A DNA stretch of 63,024 bases, filler included, from Welwitschia mirabilis (lineage: Eukaryota), in NCBI GenBank assembly GCA_051453625.1. It is 6 parts of one record of this genome, joined end to end, with 100 filler letters (N's around TTAATTAATTAA, not from the genome) between each part and the next. Parts side by side here need not be neighbours in the genome. Positions count along the whole stretch, not along the records: positions 12,511 to 14,140 come from JBOZIK010000001.1; positions 14,241 to 42,424 come from JBOZIK010000001.1; 4 more parts are not named here. One strand, given 5' to 3'. The notes under the pieces are model-generated. The model was given only the letters and a program-made list of their open reading frames with translations, was not told where the DNA came from and did not search any database. This document shows positions 12,829 to 26,058 of this stretch, in pieces. The stretch's first letter is position 1. Each line of letters opens with the position of its first letter. Made by a program: the position numbers and the translations under genes.

Positions 12829-13282
12829 AGGCTACTTAGAGATTTAGAGTTATTATTATTTTGGTGGATATTCTAGATGTTTGCTACAGTAGTGGTGTAC
12901 CATTACCTTCTATAAGTTTTTATTTTATTTTTTATTTTTACTAATCTTTGATGTCCCTTTCATCATCTAGATGTCACGGTCGGATGGCTATCCCTTTTCT
13001 GCTTTTCCTCTTTCTGTGATTGTCTGTGTTTTCTATATCTATCCTTTAGATTATCATCTAAATGACATATAGAATGATACTTCAGATCAGAGACTGAATG
13101 GTTAAAATAAAAAAAAAGAAAAAATACCAGAGAGAGAAATAATTTATTATAGAAATATCAGAGAATATTTGCTAAATTTTCAAATTGAAAATAAAAATAG
13201 CCCAGGTACGCAAGATTTAGAATTTCCTAAAATTTTTGATTTTGCAGAAGAATTTGATTTTAATTTTGAAAAATCTCATACC

Positions 13283-14140
13283 ATGTCAACCTCTAACCAA
13301 AAACTAAAATAACTTGTCTCTCTGAATCCACCTCCTATCATTGAAATCATTACTCCTACTCCTCGTGTGACTCTAAGAGATTTCATAGCAAACAAAAGAC
13401 TTGAAATCCAAAACCCCTTCGACTTACCTGCTAGTAATGATATAGAACTTAAAAACTAAAATGCTTACCCTACCTTTTGAAGAGAACCTGATGAAGACCC
13501 CCTGTAATACATCGCTGAATTTGAACAACTCATTCTTACTTCTGGAAATGGTAAAAAGCACATAACTGATAGAACCTACATGGTTATTTTTCCCATCACA
13601 TTATGAGATAAGGCTAAACTTTGGCTTAGAACATTTTCTCATAAGAGCCTGAAATCTTAGAGTTAAGTTTAAGAAGCCTTTATCAAAAGATTTATGAATG
13701 AAACCACCCTTCAGAAACATGAAAGAAGTCACAAAATTCCAATAATTACCTAACAAAAATTATGCCTCTACCTATGAGATATTCTTTATGATTTTACACT
13801 CAAACCCTGTAGATGCCTTTTCTAAGGTAGAATTAATAGACTATTTCTGAGTGGGTTGAATAGTCATACTAAGCAACTTGTAGATTTCTCTTATGGAGGA
13901 AACTTCTTAAACCAAATCTTAGAAGATGCTTAGAAGCTATTAGAAGATTTAATTGAAGTAAGTCAAACTTGGCCAAAACCCTCATCTACAGAAAACAGAA
14001 TAGTAGGATAAATCATCAAAGACCTTAAAGAAGTTAGACATGAGAAAGATGCAACCAAAGTAGAACATGAACCAACTAGCATCATTAAGGATTTCACTTC
14101 TACTTTAGAGAAATACACCCAGATGATTCTTGATGCTAAA
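13283..14140 (+). pseudogene. gag: Gypsy gag remnant
   Basis: PTF*REPDEDPL*YIAEFE...FPITL*DKAKLWL...EAFIKRF retrotrans_gag-like motifs; many stops; homologous to 51300-51725. Confidence 0.8.
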
Positions 14141-14241
14141 NNNNNNNNNNNNNNNNNNNNNNNNNNNNNNNNNNNNNNNNNNNNTTAATTAATTAANNNN
14201 NNNNNNNNNNNNNNNNNNNNNNNNNNNNNNNNNNNNNNNNG

Positions 14242-14396
14242 CATGATGTCCTACCACAAGTACACTGGGGCAAATATTTCTGAGAGGAGCCTTTGATAGT
14301 GTAATATGGTAGCTGTGAAAACTCTACTAGGGGATTAGTTGGTCATGCTTTATGGGTCTTTACTCTTCTAATAGTGGTTGCACTTCCTTCATCATG
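14242..14396 (+). other. Conserved putative structured RNA element, copy 2
   Basis: Same 155-nt length as copy 1; stems CATGATG/CATCATG, CTACCA/TGGTAG, TACACT/AGTGTA. Confidence 0.55.
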
Positions 14397-15289
14397 GTAA
14401 AAGAAATACAACTTTTAGTATTCTCACTTGATCATTTCACTTTTGGAGATTTTGGTAAGTTTATAGGTAGAAATAGATGAGTCCATTTTAAGTAACTTTT
14501 AATTTTGACCTTCATTGTTCTACACACTTGAAATCTTGGATATTGCCATAACCACTACCCTTTTGAATGAACTTTATCAAGTTAATACATTTTGTCAAGC
14601 ATCTTTACTCAGGTAATGTTATGATGTTTTCCTTTGGATTTTGCTATGTTAGTACTTAGAATAGGTAAACAATCTTCTCCTTATTCCTTGCGCCTATTTC
14701 CCCTATGCTTTTTTTCTGTTTTCATGTCTCTTGTTTTCCAGTCATTTTTGCATTTTTCTTTTTCTTTTTTCTTAGGATTTTTTATTTTTGTTAGTTTAGG
14801 CAATTTGGGATGCATTGCATATTTTAACTGGGGGTAGGACACACATATTTTCTATATTTCTTCAATATTTCTAATACATTTTTCGATTATGAGAAATCAT
14901 TATTATAGATCCTCCTTTCAAACTAGCTACTGAAATAAAATTTCTTGCTTTTTACATGATTATCTTTATGTTTGACTACTTATCACAGTGAGGAGATATT
15001 TATTAACAAAATATTTGGTTTTTGTCACAGGTTCCAGATCTTGAAAATCTTTTAAGGAGCTTGGCGTCCCCCTTATCGTTTGGATGACATTCCAGATGAC
15101 TGATTTTTCTGATACTTAGTAGGTATATCTCATCAGTTTTTGAATTTTTTAGAAATTTAGTCTATTATCAGCTTATGCTACAATCCTTTACTAGATACTT
15201 TTTTTAGTTAGATATCCTAGATATTTTTTATTGTCTAAAAGTTGGCTCGCAAATGTGGTTTATCACTTGATTTTGTCAGGGACTTACAA

Positions 15290-15307
15290 GGCTAAGTGAG
15301 GGGGCTA
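15290..15307 (+). promoter_or_regulatory. Polypurine tract
   Basis: GGCTAAGTGAGGGGGCTA followed by TGTTACG. Confidence 0.8.
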
Positions 15308-17088
15308 TGTTACGCTGCTAACTTATGTGTATTTGATAGGGTATTATGGGTTGCTTTATAGGTGAATTAATAGATAAATGGTTAATTCCTATGATAATCA
15401 AGAATCGAGATGAAGAGAACTAAAACATGCAATTTACAGATAAATTATAAGCATTTCACGAAAATATAGATAAATGTAATTTTGGATAATGATTCCTACA
15501 AATAACTGAGCAATTAGATTGACTGAAGATTAAGAAAAGCCTATTGTCCACCTCACTGTCTAGACATCACTAGTGGATGACATCTAAAACAGGGCAATAA
15601 TAAGTTCACATGCAGTCAGAAAAGTAGTTAAACTGGAGCTAAACAAATATCTCATTGTTAGTTTTTGTCATCTCCTACTTCATCCAAATGACCTTAAGGA
15701 TGACACTGTTCTTTCTTACTTTTATCGAATGTTTCCTCAAGTTGTCGCCACTTCTTTGCGACTTTATTTTACATGTTAGCTAGGTTTTCTTCTCTACTTC
15801 TTTGTCAGTTTTCCTTCCTTTTTTATCTATAAATAAAAGTATCCCCTTAATCCCTAATAATTTTTGATAGTACCTAACATTCTTATGATAGGAGATCTTG
15901 GAACTAAAGAACCATCTTGTAATCCAGAGAGATGTCACCTTGTTGTTGGGTGGTGTATCCTCCATTAAGAAATGACTACTTTATGATACAGATGCCTTTT
16001 TCACTTTTAATATAAATTATCCTTTTTGTCAATAATTGCAGAAACTTATCCCTCATAGTTTATGTTGTTTAAGATTCGTGACAGGTTTCTTTTGTTATAT
16101 AGATTATGAGGACAACCTTTGTCAAGGTTGAGCTTGATTAGATTAGGTGCATCATTATTTCTTTTCATATATTATTTCTGCATCACTATTTTAGTTCCAT
16201 GCATTACAATTTATTTCAGTNNNNNNNNNNNNNNNNNNNNNNNNNNNNNNNNNNNNNNNNNNNNNNNNNNNNNNNNNNNNNNNNNNNNNNNNNNNNNNNN
16301 NNNNNNNNNNNNNNNNNNNNNNNNNNNNNNNNNNNNNNNNNNNNNNNNNNNNNNNNNNNNNNNNNNNNNNNNNNNNNNNNNNNNNNNNNNNNNNNNNNNN
16401 NNNNNNNNNNNNNNNNNNNNNNNNNNNNNNNNNNNNNNNNNNNNNNNNNNNNNNNNNNNNNNNNNNNNNNNNNNNNNNNNNNNNNNNNNNNNNNNNNNNN
16501 NNNNNNNNNNNAAATAAAGGTCTCCCCCTTGATCCCTAATCATCTTCGACAGTACCTGACATTCTCGTGATAGGAGATCTTGGGACCGAAGAACCATTTT
16601 ATAATCCAAAGAGACGTTACTTTGGTGTTAGGTGGCGTATCCTCTATTGAGAAACAACTACTTTATGATACAGATGTCTTTTATGCTTTTTAATATGACT
16701 TATCCTTTTTATTCAATATATGCAGGAATCTCTTCCTCATGGTTTATGTTATTTAAGACTCGTGACAGTTTTCTTCTATTATATAGATTATAAGGATAGC
16801 ATTTTTTAAGGGTGAGCTTGATTAGATTAGGTACATTATTATTTATTTTCATAAATTAGTTTTGCATCGCTATTTCAAATTCATGCATTGAAATTTATTT
16901 CAGTAGATTAGAGTTACATATTTCTATCTCTAAATTAACTCTTATATTCCCATACTATTGGCCTTCGATGGAATTACGACATTTGGATTACTCCCAACTA
17001 TACTAGCGTGCTGTGTTTATGCATCTTATTTGTATTTAACAGGATTTAGATCAAGGTGTGAAACATTACATAAATATGCATCACAATA
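15308..17088 (+). repeat. 3' LTR of family B, gap-containing, with a ~390-bp segment present twice (15831-16220 and ~16512-16903)
   Basis: Starts TG after the PPT; ends ...GCATCACAATA like 12807. Confidence 0.75.
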
Positions 17089-18276
17089 GTCTTTACAAAA
17101 ACTGAAAAGAAATAAACAGTAAATATAATGCTAAATGGAGATGAAATGCAAGTGAATGAAAATGGAAATGGAAATGGAAATGAAAATGAGTCCTACTTAG
17201 ATCCTAGTCTTTTTTTCACAAAGACTAATTTCTCTATAACTTATATCAATTAAGAAGAGCATTCACTCATTCTTAACTAACATAAACTATGAGATTTATT
17301 CAAGTAAGAAAATGCAATGTGCAATATAAATGAAATGGAAATGCAATGCAAATCTACGACTACTAACCAAGATTAATCTTAACAAAGTGTACTTTTATGA
17401 TCTAAATAAATCACAGATCTGTCACATAACTATAACTAACTTAAACCATAAGGGACATCACAATATTTGAATGAAAGAAGAAATTATATTAATTAAAGAG
17501 TATTTAAAACAACATCCACTTATAATTAGAACAATAGCACCTTAGTGGAAGAGACACAGCCTAACACCAAGGAGACTCCTTTCTACAGCACTGGATGGGA
17601 CCTCTTTCCCTTCAATCCTCTGTCATAAGTATTGAGTATAAAAGATGAAGTGGAAATGAAGGAGGGGAAGGGTATTTATAGTTTTTCACTTGAGGAATTG
17701 GAGCCAAAACCCTAAAGGTAGGAAACAAAAACTCTAATAACCCATATGGTCTATTTGACTCCATTTACAATGATATTTATTATAGACATGTAAAAACAGT
17801 TATTATCTTGGCTTCATCCACACGACAAAGGGGATGACACTACCTAACCCCTTGGGTTATGTTCCCATGTTATGTCATCAGTCCCATGGGTTGTCCATGC
17901 ATGTTACTGATGCAGATGTTTTGGTTGTCATTTGGATGACTGAGTAGATGATGCCCGGTCATCATATGCTCTATGTGCTGCTATCAGCATCGCAAGATCT
18001 ATCCATATTAGCTATGTGATCATCCTTGGTGTCATGGGGATGACGATGGGAACAATGGTCTTCCTTTGCTTCTTTCTCCAAGATAACTTAGTCTTTTACA
18101 TCATAAAAGTCCTTCTTCCAAATCTGCAATATTGCCAAAAATGCTAAGTATCACATGTTTTGCTAATCATCCTATCAAATCTTCATAGTCATCAGTATTG
18201 CACCAAAACCTGGATGAACATCCTGCATAAGTACTCAAAATACACTATCAAATTCTCACAAATTAACATCACAATA
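17089..18276 (-). repeat. Family A LTR interrupted by the family B element
   Basis: Aligns to ~6192-7379; begins exactly at the family B LTR end. Confidence 0.85.
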
Positions 18277-18857
18277 ATATCTTGAAATTGATTAAGTATC
18301 ACTTTGATTTAATAAACATTCATATGCTAATCTATTATCACTTACTTGTTGATTTTGAACTAATTTAAATGCTTCATGATTTTATAACTCATTTCATAAT
18401 AAGTAAATAATTATCTTTCAAGTCAAATGTATTCAATTTTAGTGTAAATCTATTTAAATATAATGATTTTTATGTCAATTTAAAGAATATATTTTTCAAG
18501 TACCACATTTTGATTCTAAGTTTTGTATATTTTTTATAGAATGGAATGAGATGTTTAAATTACTTAATTATATTCATATTATATAATTTCAAATGATAAA
18601 CATTTCAAAGAAAATTGTGTTTATATGAAAATGATTTTGGTATACTTGACTCTTTAAATTCTCTAACTTAATTATTTAAGTTATAAATGGTTTCTAAAAT
18701 CATATTGAATCCTTATAAAATATCATTTCTTTCTATTATTATATTTCCATTTTTATATCTTATGAAATTATGCTTTTACGCATGTGGTTCTTCATGGTAA
18801 TTTTAAGTCATGAGTCTTAATTGCCTATATGTCACTTAAGACAATTAGTTATTTTAC

Positions 18858-19710
18858 ATAACAAATAAGAAGGAATAGAATTTGAAGAAACCTTTACACT
18901 AGTAGCTTGTATGGAGTTTATAAGAATGCTTTTAGTTTTTGCATGTATCAAAAGACTTAGATTCTACCAAATGAATGTTAAAAGTGCATTTCTAAATGAA
19001 GTACTTAAAGAGGATGTGTATGTTAAACAACTTGAAGGATTTACTAAATCTCATAAAATAGACTATATTTGCAAATTGAAAGAGGATCCTTATGGTTTTA
19101 AGCAAGTATCTAAAGATTGATATGAAAAATTTTTAGCCCATCTAATAAAAAATAGATTTAAAAGAGGTACATTTAAGTTATAATATTCATTGAAAGGGTT
19201 TACTAAATCTCTATGGATGATATTATTCTTGGTGCTATTAATAAATTATTATGTGAGAAGTTTACTAGGATTATGTAGGATAAGCTTGAAATGAGTCTTA
19301 TGGAAGTAATGAAAAACTACTTAGGACTTCAAGTGGTATAACATGAAAAAGGTATATTTATTTCTCAAACTAAATATGTTAAAATTTTTTTAGTCAAGTA
19401 TGTCTTACAACATTTTAAGATCAATGATATCCTAATAAATTAAAGCATTAAACTAGATAACTATGAGCATGGTAAAAAGATTAACTAGAAGCTATACAAA
19501 GGTTTGATTGGTAGTTAATTATATATTACTGATAGTAGACTTAACATTATTTTAAGTGTATAGATTTATACTCATTATCAAAGTAATCTTAGAGAATCAC
19601 ATCTTATAATAATTAAAAGAAATTTTATTATTAATTATAATATTTGGTATTTGAAGGACTTATACCTTAATCTAGTTAGAAATTGTGATGCAAATTGGAT
19701 ATGATGCAAA
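18858..19710 (+). pseudogene. pol: Ty1/copia (SIRE-like) reverse transcriptase to RNase H start remnant
   Basis: QIEGIEFEETF, YQMNVKSAFLN, YGFKQ, DDII, GIFISQTKY, YKGLIGS, CDANW motifs. Confidence 0.9.
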
Positions 19711-21745
19711 CTAATGCAACTATTTTTTCTAGGAAGGGAGTAATAGAGATTTGTCTAAGAGACTTAGTGTAGTGAATAAAAATATCTAGTAAGGTAGTGT
19801 AGTGAATAAAAATATCTAATAAGGTAGAAATTAAACACTCCTTTACTAACAAAGGGGTTAGTTATAACATAACTCTCATGAAAGAAGCTAAAAGAAGAAA
19901 AAGAAGAGGAACTTTAGAAACCTCCTCTTAAAGAAGATTTAAAATAGATTAAAGTTTAGAAAATAGATCTTTAATTATCGATGTGAATTTAACTCATTCT
20001 TAAAATAGAAAATTAAAAAGGATGTTAGCTAAATAGACTAATACTTTTTCTTAGATTCATGAAGATATTACTAGGATAGACCTTGTCATATATTAACATA
20101 AAATTTGTCTAAATACCACAATAAAGCTTATGAGGTAACTAAAAAGGAGATGTAATCCTCATATGCAAGATGTAATATAGAAGGAAATGTTAAGACTATT
20201 AAAAATAAGATTCATCTACCCTATTTTTGATTTAGAATGGATAGGTCCTGTGATAGTAGTTCCTAAGAAGAATAACAAATTGAGAGTTTGCATAGATTTT
20301 AGGCTACTAAATGATACTACTTATAAGGATAATTTTTATTTTTCCTTTGTGGATTAGGTTTTTAGAAATAAGTTTTGGTAATAAATACTATAGTTTCTTG
20401 GATGATTACAGTGGTTATAACCAAATCTCAATATCTCTTTAAGGCTAGGCAAAAACTTATTTTACTTAAAAATTTCATACTTATGCTTTTAAAGTTTTAC
20501 TTTTGGGTTATGTGGTGCACCAATCACTTTTCATAGGCTAGTGAATAGTATTTTCTAAGACATGATAGGAAGGTTAGTAGAGGTTTTTAAGGATGACTTC
20601 ACAACCTTTAAAAATGATTTTAAGGAAGATTTGAAAAGGTTAAAAGCTATACTTAATCATTATAAAGAAAAGAATTTAAAATTGAGCAAGTCTACAAGTC
20701 ATCTCATAGTGGCTAAAGGGATTATTTTGTTTTAGATCATAGGATATAAATAAAAGGAATTAAAACTAGTGAGGAAAATATTAAAGTCATTAAAGAAATT
20801 TCTTCACCAACTAAACTAAGAAAACTAAGATAATTTTTAGGTCATATGGGGTATTATAAAAGATTCATTGCTAATTTTAGTAAAATTACTAAACCATTAA
20901 GTAATCTTTTACAAAACCATATGCCCTATGAGTGGATTTAGGAATGCTAAAATACTTTTAAATTCTTAAAGATAAATTAGTTGAGGCCCTTATTTTCCAA
21001 AAACCAGATTGAAACAAAATGTTTCACATTATGACTAATGATTTATCATATTCTGTTGGTGTTGTTTTGGAACAAAAAGTTGATAATTATAAACTCTATA
21101 CTATCACTTACATAAGTAAGAAAATTAATTTTACACAAACAAACTACATAGTTACAGAAAGGGAGATGCTAGTCATAGTGATAGCCTTAGATAATTTTAA
21201 GCAATATATTCTGGGTTTTTAATGAACAAAAGGAAGAAAATTCTTGAATCATAAGATGCACACTTTTGATGTAAGAATTTGATCTAAAAATAATAAATAA
21301 AAAGGAAATAGAGAATGTGGTAACTAATCATCTATTTAGATTAGAATTCCTTATAGAGGCTGAATAATTGGATACTCAAAATAGTTTTTCTAATGAGTAT
21401 TTAACAAGTTTGCAACAAATTCCTAGGATTGTAGATATTGCTAACTTCTTAGTAAGTAAGAAGGTACCTTCTTACTTAATCAATTAGGAGAAATAGAGAT
21501 TGTTAACAGAAGTAAAAGATTATATATGGAAGAATAAGATCCTCTTCAAATTTTGTAAGAATGGTGTCATTAGGAGATGTATTAGTAAGACTAATCAAAA
21601 GGAGCTTCTACAAACTTCCCATGCAGAGGAATGAGGAGGTCATTAATAAAGGAAAAAAATAGATATAAAAGTTCTAAACATAGGATATTATTAGTATTTT
21701 CTATTTAAGAACTCGTTCAATTATACTATAGCGTGTCATAGGTTC
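19711..21745 (+). pseudogene. pol: Athila-like gypsy pol remnant (protease end, RT, RNase H, integrase Zn finger), copy 1
   Basis: VVPKKNNKLRVCIDFR, YSGYNQI, EVFKDDF, TEREML; near-copy of 23029-25085. Confidence 0.9.
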
Positions 21746-22262
21746 TTATATGATGAAATAAGTGTATACAATATCACTAAACAATATTAAAAAATATAAA
21801 ATAATACTAAAAAATGAAAAAACTATTTTGTTGTTAATCAAAAAATAAGCTCATACCATTAAATAAAAAACCAAAGGCTTACTAAAGAACTAGTTCAGAT
21901 TAAACCATTTAGTTCAAAAGGCATCATTACAATAGTCTCATAATAAAGTTACTTAAATTATTTAGGTTGGTTTATTACTACTAAACTATTATGTACATAT
22001 ATTACATCAAGGGGAAATGGTGAAAGTAATAAAGCATAATAGAATTTAGATGAGTTATTGAATAATAACTGTTTTTAAGTATTGTTAATTATTTAGATTT
22101 ATTTTTAGTAATACAAATAAGAGAAAATAGAGATAATATTACTTTTTCAAGTAATAAAGTATNNNNNNNNNNNNNNNNNNNNNNNNNNNNNNNNNNNNNN
22201 NNNNNNNNNNNNNNNNNNNNNNNNNNNNNNNNNNNNNNNNNNNNNNNNNNNNNNNNNNNNNN

Positions 22263-25085
22263 TTATATACCTATCTAGTCTTAACCAAATTCAAGAGAAG
22301 CTGATTGTAAAACTATTAAAACTAGAATAGGTAGAAGCCATTTTTAATCTCCTAAAAAAGAAAAAGAAATCAAAGGAAATGAAAGCATGGCTAAAAATAG
22401 TTCAACAGAAGTAGAAGTGGATGATCCTTTACCATTTTTAATGGGAAGTAAGATAATAGAAAATTTTTCAAAGAAAGTAAGAAAAGATGTAAAATATATT
22501 AAAAAGGTTATAAAAGATACCTCAATTACCTTACCCTTAGTGAAAATATTAAAATATATCCCCTTGTACTAGAAGCAAATGAAAAAGATTTGTAATAAAG
22601 AGGGGAGTAAGAAAAATAAAAAGAAAAATAATAAAGAATAATTAATAAAAGAATTAAGTAAGATAGTCTAAGTATCTTAGGCCTTTACTCAAGCTTTATA
22701 AGAAAATAAAATTAAGAAGTATAATAACCTTGGAATACTAGCAGTAGATATAATTATTGAATATACCTGTAAAATAAAAGCTCTAGTGGATTTAGTGGTG
22801 AGTATTAATCTCATTTTTCATGATATATTTGAATAACTTGGAAGTCCTTAGTTAACTCCATATAATTAACATGTTTACATGGTAGATGGTTTTGCAGTAA
22901 AGATGGAGGAAATAATGGAAAATAATTCAATATAACTACAAAGATTTAGATATCTAGTGGATTTAATTATCATAAAGACAAAAGGGAATATTCACCCTAT
23001 CATCCTAGGAAGATCTTGGATGGCAAAAACTAATGCAAATATTTGTTCTAGGAAGGGAGTAATAGATATTTGTCTAGGAGACTTGGTGCAGTGAATAAAA
23101 ATATCTGATAAGGAAAATATTAAACACTCCTTTACTAATAAAGGGGATAGTTCTAATATGATTCTCATGAAAGAAGCTCAAACATTATTAAAAGAATAAT
23201 AGACTAAGAGAAGAGACTACTCCTTGGCTATTTAACTAGTAGAAAAAGAAGAGGAACTTGAAAAACCTCCTCTTAAAGAAGATTTAAAATACATTAAAGT
23301 TTAGAAAATAGACCTTTAATTATCGATGCGAATTTAACTCATTCTCAAAATAGAAAATTAAAAAGGATGTTAGCTAAATAGACTAATAATTTTTCTTAGA
23401 TTCATGAAGATATTACTAAGATAGACCATGTAATATATCAACATAAAATTTGTTTAAATACCATAATAATGCTTATGAGGTAACTAAAAAGAAGATGTAA
23501 TCCTCATATGTAAGATGTAATCTAGATGGAAATTGTAAGGCTATTAAAAAAAAGATTCATCTACCCTATTTCTGATTCAGAATCAGTAAGTCATGTGATA
23601 GTAGTTCCTAAAAAGCATAACAAATGGAGAGTTTGCATAGATTTTAGGCTACTAAATGCTACTACTTATAAGGATCATTTTTCTTTTTCCTTTGTGGATT
23701 AGGTTTTTAGAAAGAAGTTTCGATAATAAATACTATAGTTTCTTGGATGATTACAGTGGTTATAACCAAATTTCAATATCTCTTGAAGGCTAGGGGAAAA
23801 TTTTTTTTGCTTGAAAATGTTGTACTTATGCTTTTAAAGTTTTACTTTTTGGGTTATGTGGTGCACCAGTCACTTTCCAGTGGCTAGTGAATAGTATTTT
23901 TTAAGACATGATAGGAATATTAGTAGAGATTTTTATGGATGACTTTACAACCTTTAAAAATGATTTTATGGAAGATTTGAAAAGGCTAAAAGTTATACTT
24001 TATCATTATAAAGAAAAGAATTTAAAATTAAGGTGGTCTATAAGTCACCTCATAGTGGCTAAATGGATTGTTTTGTTTTAGATCATAGGACATTAATAAA
24101 AGGAATTAGAACTAATGAGGAAAATATTAATGTCATTAAAGAAATTCCTCCACTAAGTAAACTAAGAAAACTAAGATAATTTTTAGGTTATATGGTGTAT
24201 TACAAAAGATTCATTGCTAATTTTAGTAAAATTACTAAACCATTAAGTTATCTTTTACAAAACAATATGCCCTATGAGTGGATCTAGGAATGCTAAAAGC
24301 CTTTTAAATGCTTAAAGATAAATTAGTTGAGGCCCTTATTTTGCAAAAACCAGATTGAAACAAAATGTTTCACATTATGACTGATGCTTCATCGTATGCT
24401 GTTGGTGTTATTTTGGAATAGAAAGATGACAACTATAAACTCTATGTTATCACTTACATAAGTAAGAAAATTAATTTTACACAAACAAGCTACATAGTTA
24501 TAGAAAGGAAGATGCTAGCCATAGTGATAGCCTTAGATAATTTTAGGCATTATATTCTGGGTTTTTAATAAACTAAAGGAAGCAAATTCTTGAATCATAA
24601 TATGGATACTTTTAATGCAATAATTTAATTTAAAGATAATAGATAAAAAGAAAATAGAGAATGTGGTGGTTGATCATCTATTTAAATTGGAATTCCTTAA
24701 AGAGGCTAAACAATTGGATACTCAAAATAATTTTTCTAATGAGAATTTAAAAAGTTTACAACAAATTCCTAGGATTGCAGAGATTACTAACTTTTTAGTA
24801 AGTAAGAAGGTTTACTTAACCTATTATGAGGAAAATAAATTGTTAAGAGAAGTAAAAGATTATATATGAAAGAATAAGATCCTCTTCAAATTTTATAAGG
24901 ATGGTGTCATTAGGAGATGTATTAGTAATACTAACCAAAAGGAGCTTCTACAAGCTTTCCATGTAGAGAAATGAGGAGGTCATTATGAAAGGAAAAAAAT
25001 AGCTATAAAAGTTCTAAACATATGATATTATTGGTATTATCTATTTAAGAACTCTTTCAATTATACTATAGGGTGTCATGAGTGC
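22263..25085 (+). pseudogene. pol: Athila-like gypsy gag end/protease/RT/RNase H/integrase Zn finger remnant, copy 2
   Basis: KALVDL..SINL, IILGRSWM, WRVCIDFRLLN, EIFMDDF, HIMTDAS, GGH...YYW...CHEC. Confidence 0.9.
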
Positions 25086-25730
25086 TTATATAGAAATAAG
25101 TGCATACAATATCACTAAATAATATTAAACAATATAAAATAATACTAAAAAAAAGCAGAAAATATTTTGCTATTAACCAAAAAATAAGCTCATACCATTA
25201 AATAAAAAAACCAAAGGCTTACTAAAGAACTAGTTTAGATTTAACCATTTAGTTCAAAAGGCATCATTACAATAGTCTCATAATGAAGTTACTTAAATTA
25301 GTTAGGTCGGTTTATTACTACTAAATTACTATGTACATATATTACATCAAGGGAAAATGGTGAAAGTAATAGAGCATAGTATAATTTAGATGAGTTATTG
25401 AATAATAATTATTTTTAAGTATTGTTAATTATTTAGATTTATGTTTAGTTGTACAAACAGGAGAAAATAGAGATAATATTACTTTTTCAAGTAATAAAGT
25501 ATGCATACAATGATGCTCAAATATTCTTTTCAACTTTATATTGAAATACTAATTATTACATAAAGATGCATTAAGGCTTGTGTTCTTCTTTGTAGGTAAT
25601 ACTATGAAGTATGGAAAATTCTGCTACACCATTTTTAGGATAGATGGAGCTCCCTTTCATGGTCTTCTTGCCTTATCTATTCCTAGAACATTTTGCCAAA
25701 AATATCCCAACATTTAATGGTGAACTTATT
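25086..25730 (+). mobile_element. Post-pol accessory segment (also 21746-22162 and minus-strand 42525-43165)
   Basis: Three homologous copies; lies downstream of integrase in the 43-46 kb element. Confidence 0.7.
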
Positions 25731-26044
25731 CTTATAACCTTATTTGTTTCTTTGTTTCCATTTGCTTCCATTCTTTACTTCTTAGGAATGGATATATGAT
25801 TGGGGTTTGTTATTGCTTCTTTATCATCTCAAACTTTTCTTCCATCTTTATGTCACATGGCATCTTGTCCATGAAATGTATTCTTAAAATATATATACTA
25901 AGCTACTAACATACTAACTAACTAATGTATTAATTAGTAATTATATTGACAAATAAAAATATTTATTGGTATCTAAACTGTATGATTAAAATAATATAAA
26001 AATTCATTAATAAGCATAATTTACATTAAAATTTATCTTTATCA

Positions 26045-26058
26045 GTTCCCCCAAGCTG
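26045..26058 (-). promoter_or_regulatory. Possible Athila-type PPT with LTR start TGATAAAG at 26044
   Basis: Minus strand CAGCTTGGGGGAAC-TGATA; the other LTR end was not found. Confidence 0.4.

Noticed and set aside
14242..14396. Hammerhead ribozyme (GUC-stem-CUGUGA layout)
   Set aside because: Core is CUGUGA rather than CUGANGA, and there is no GAAA before the closing stem in any copy
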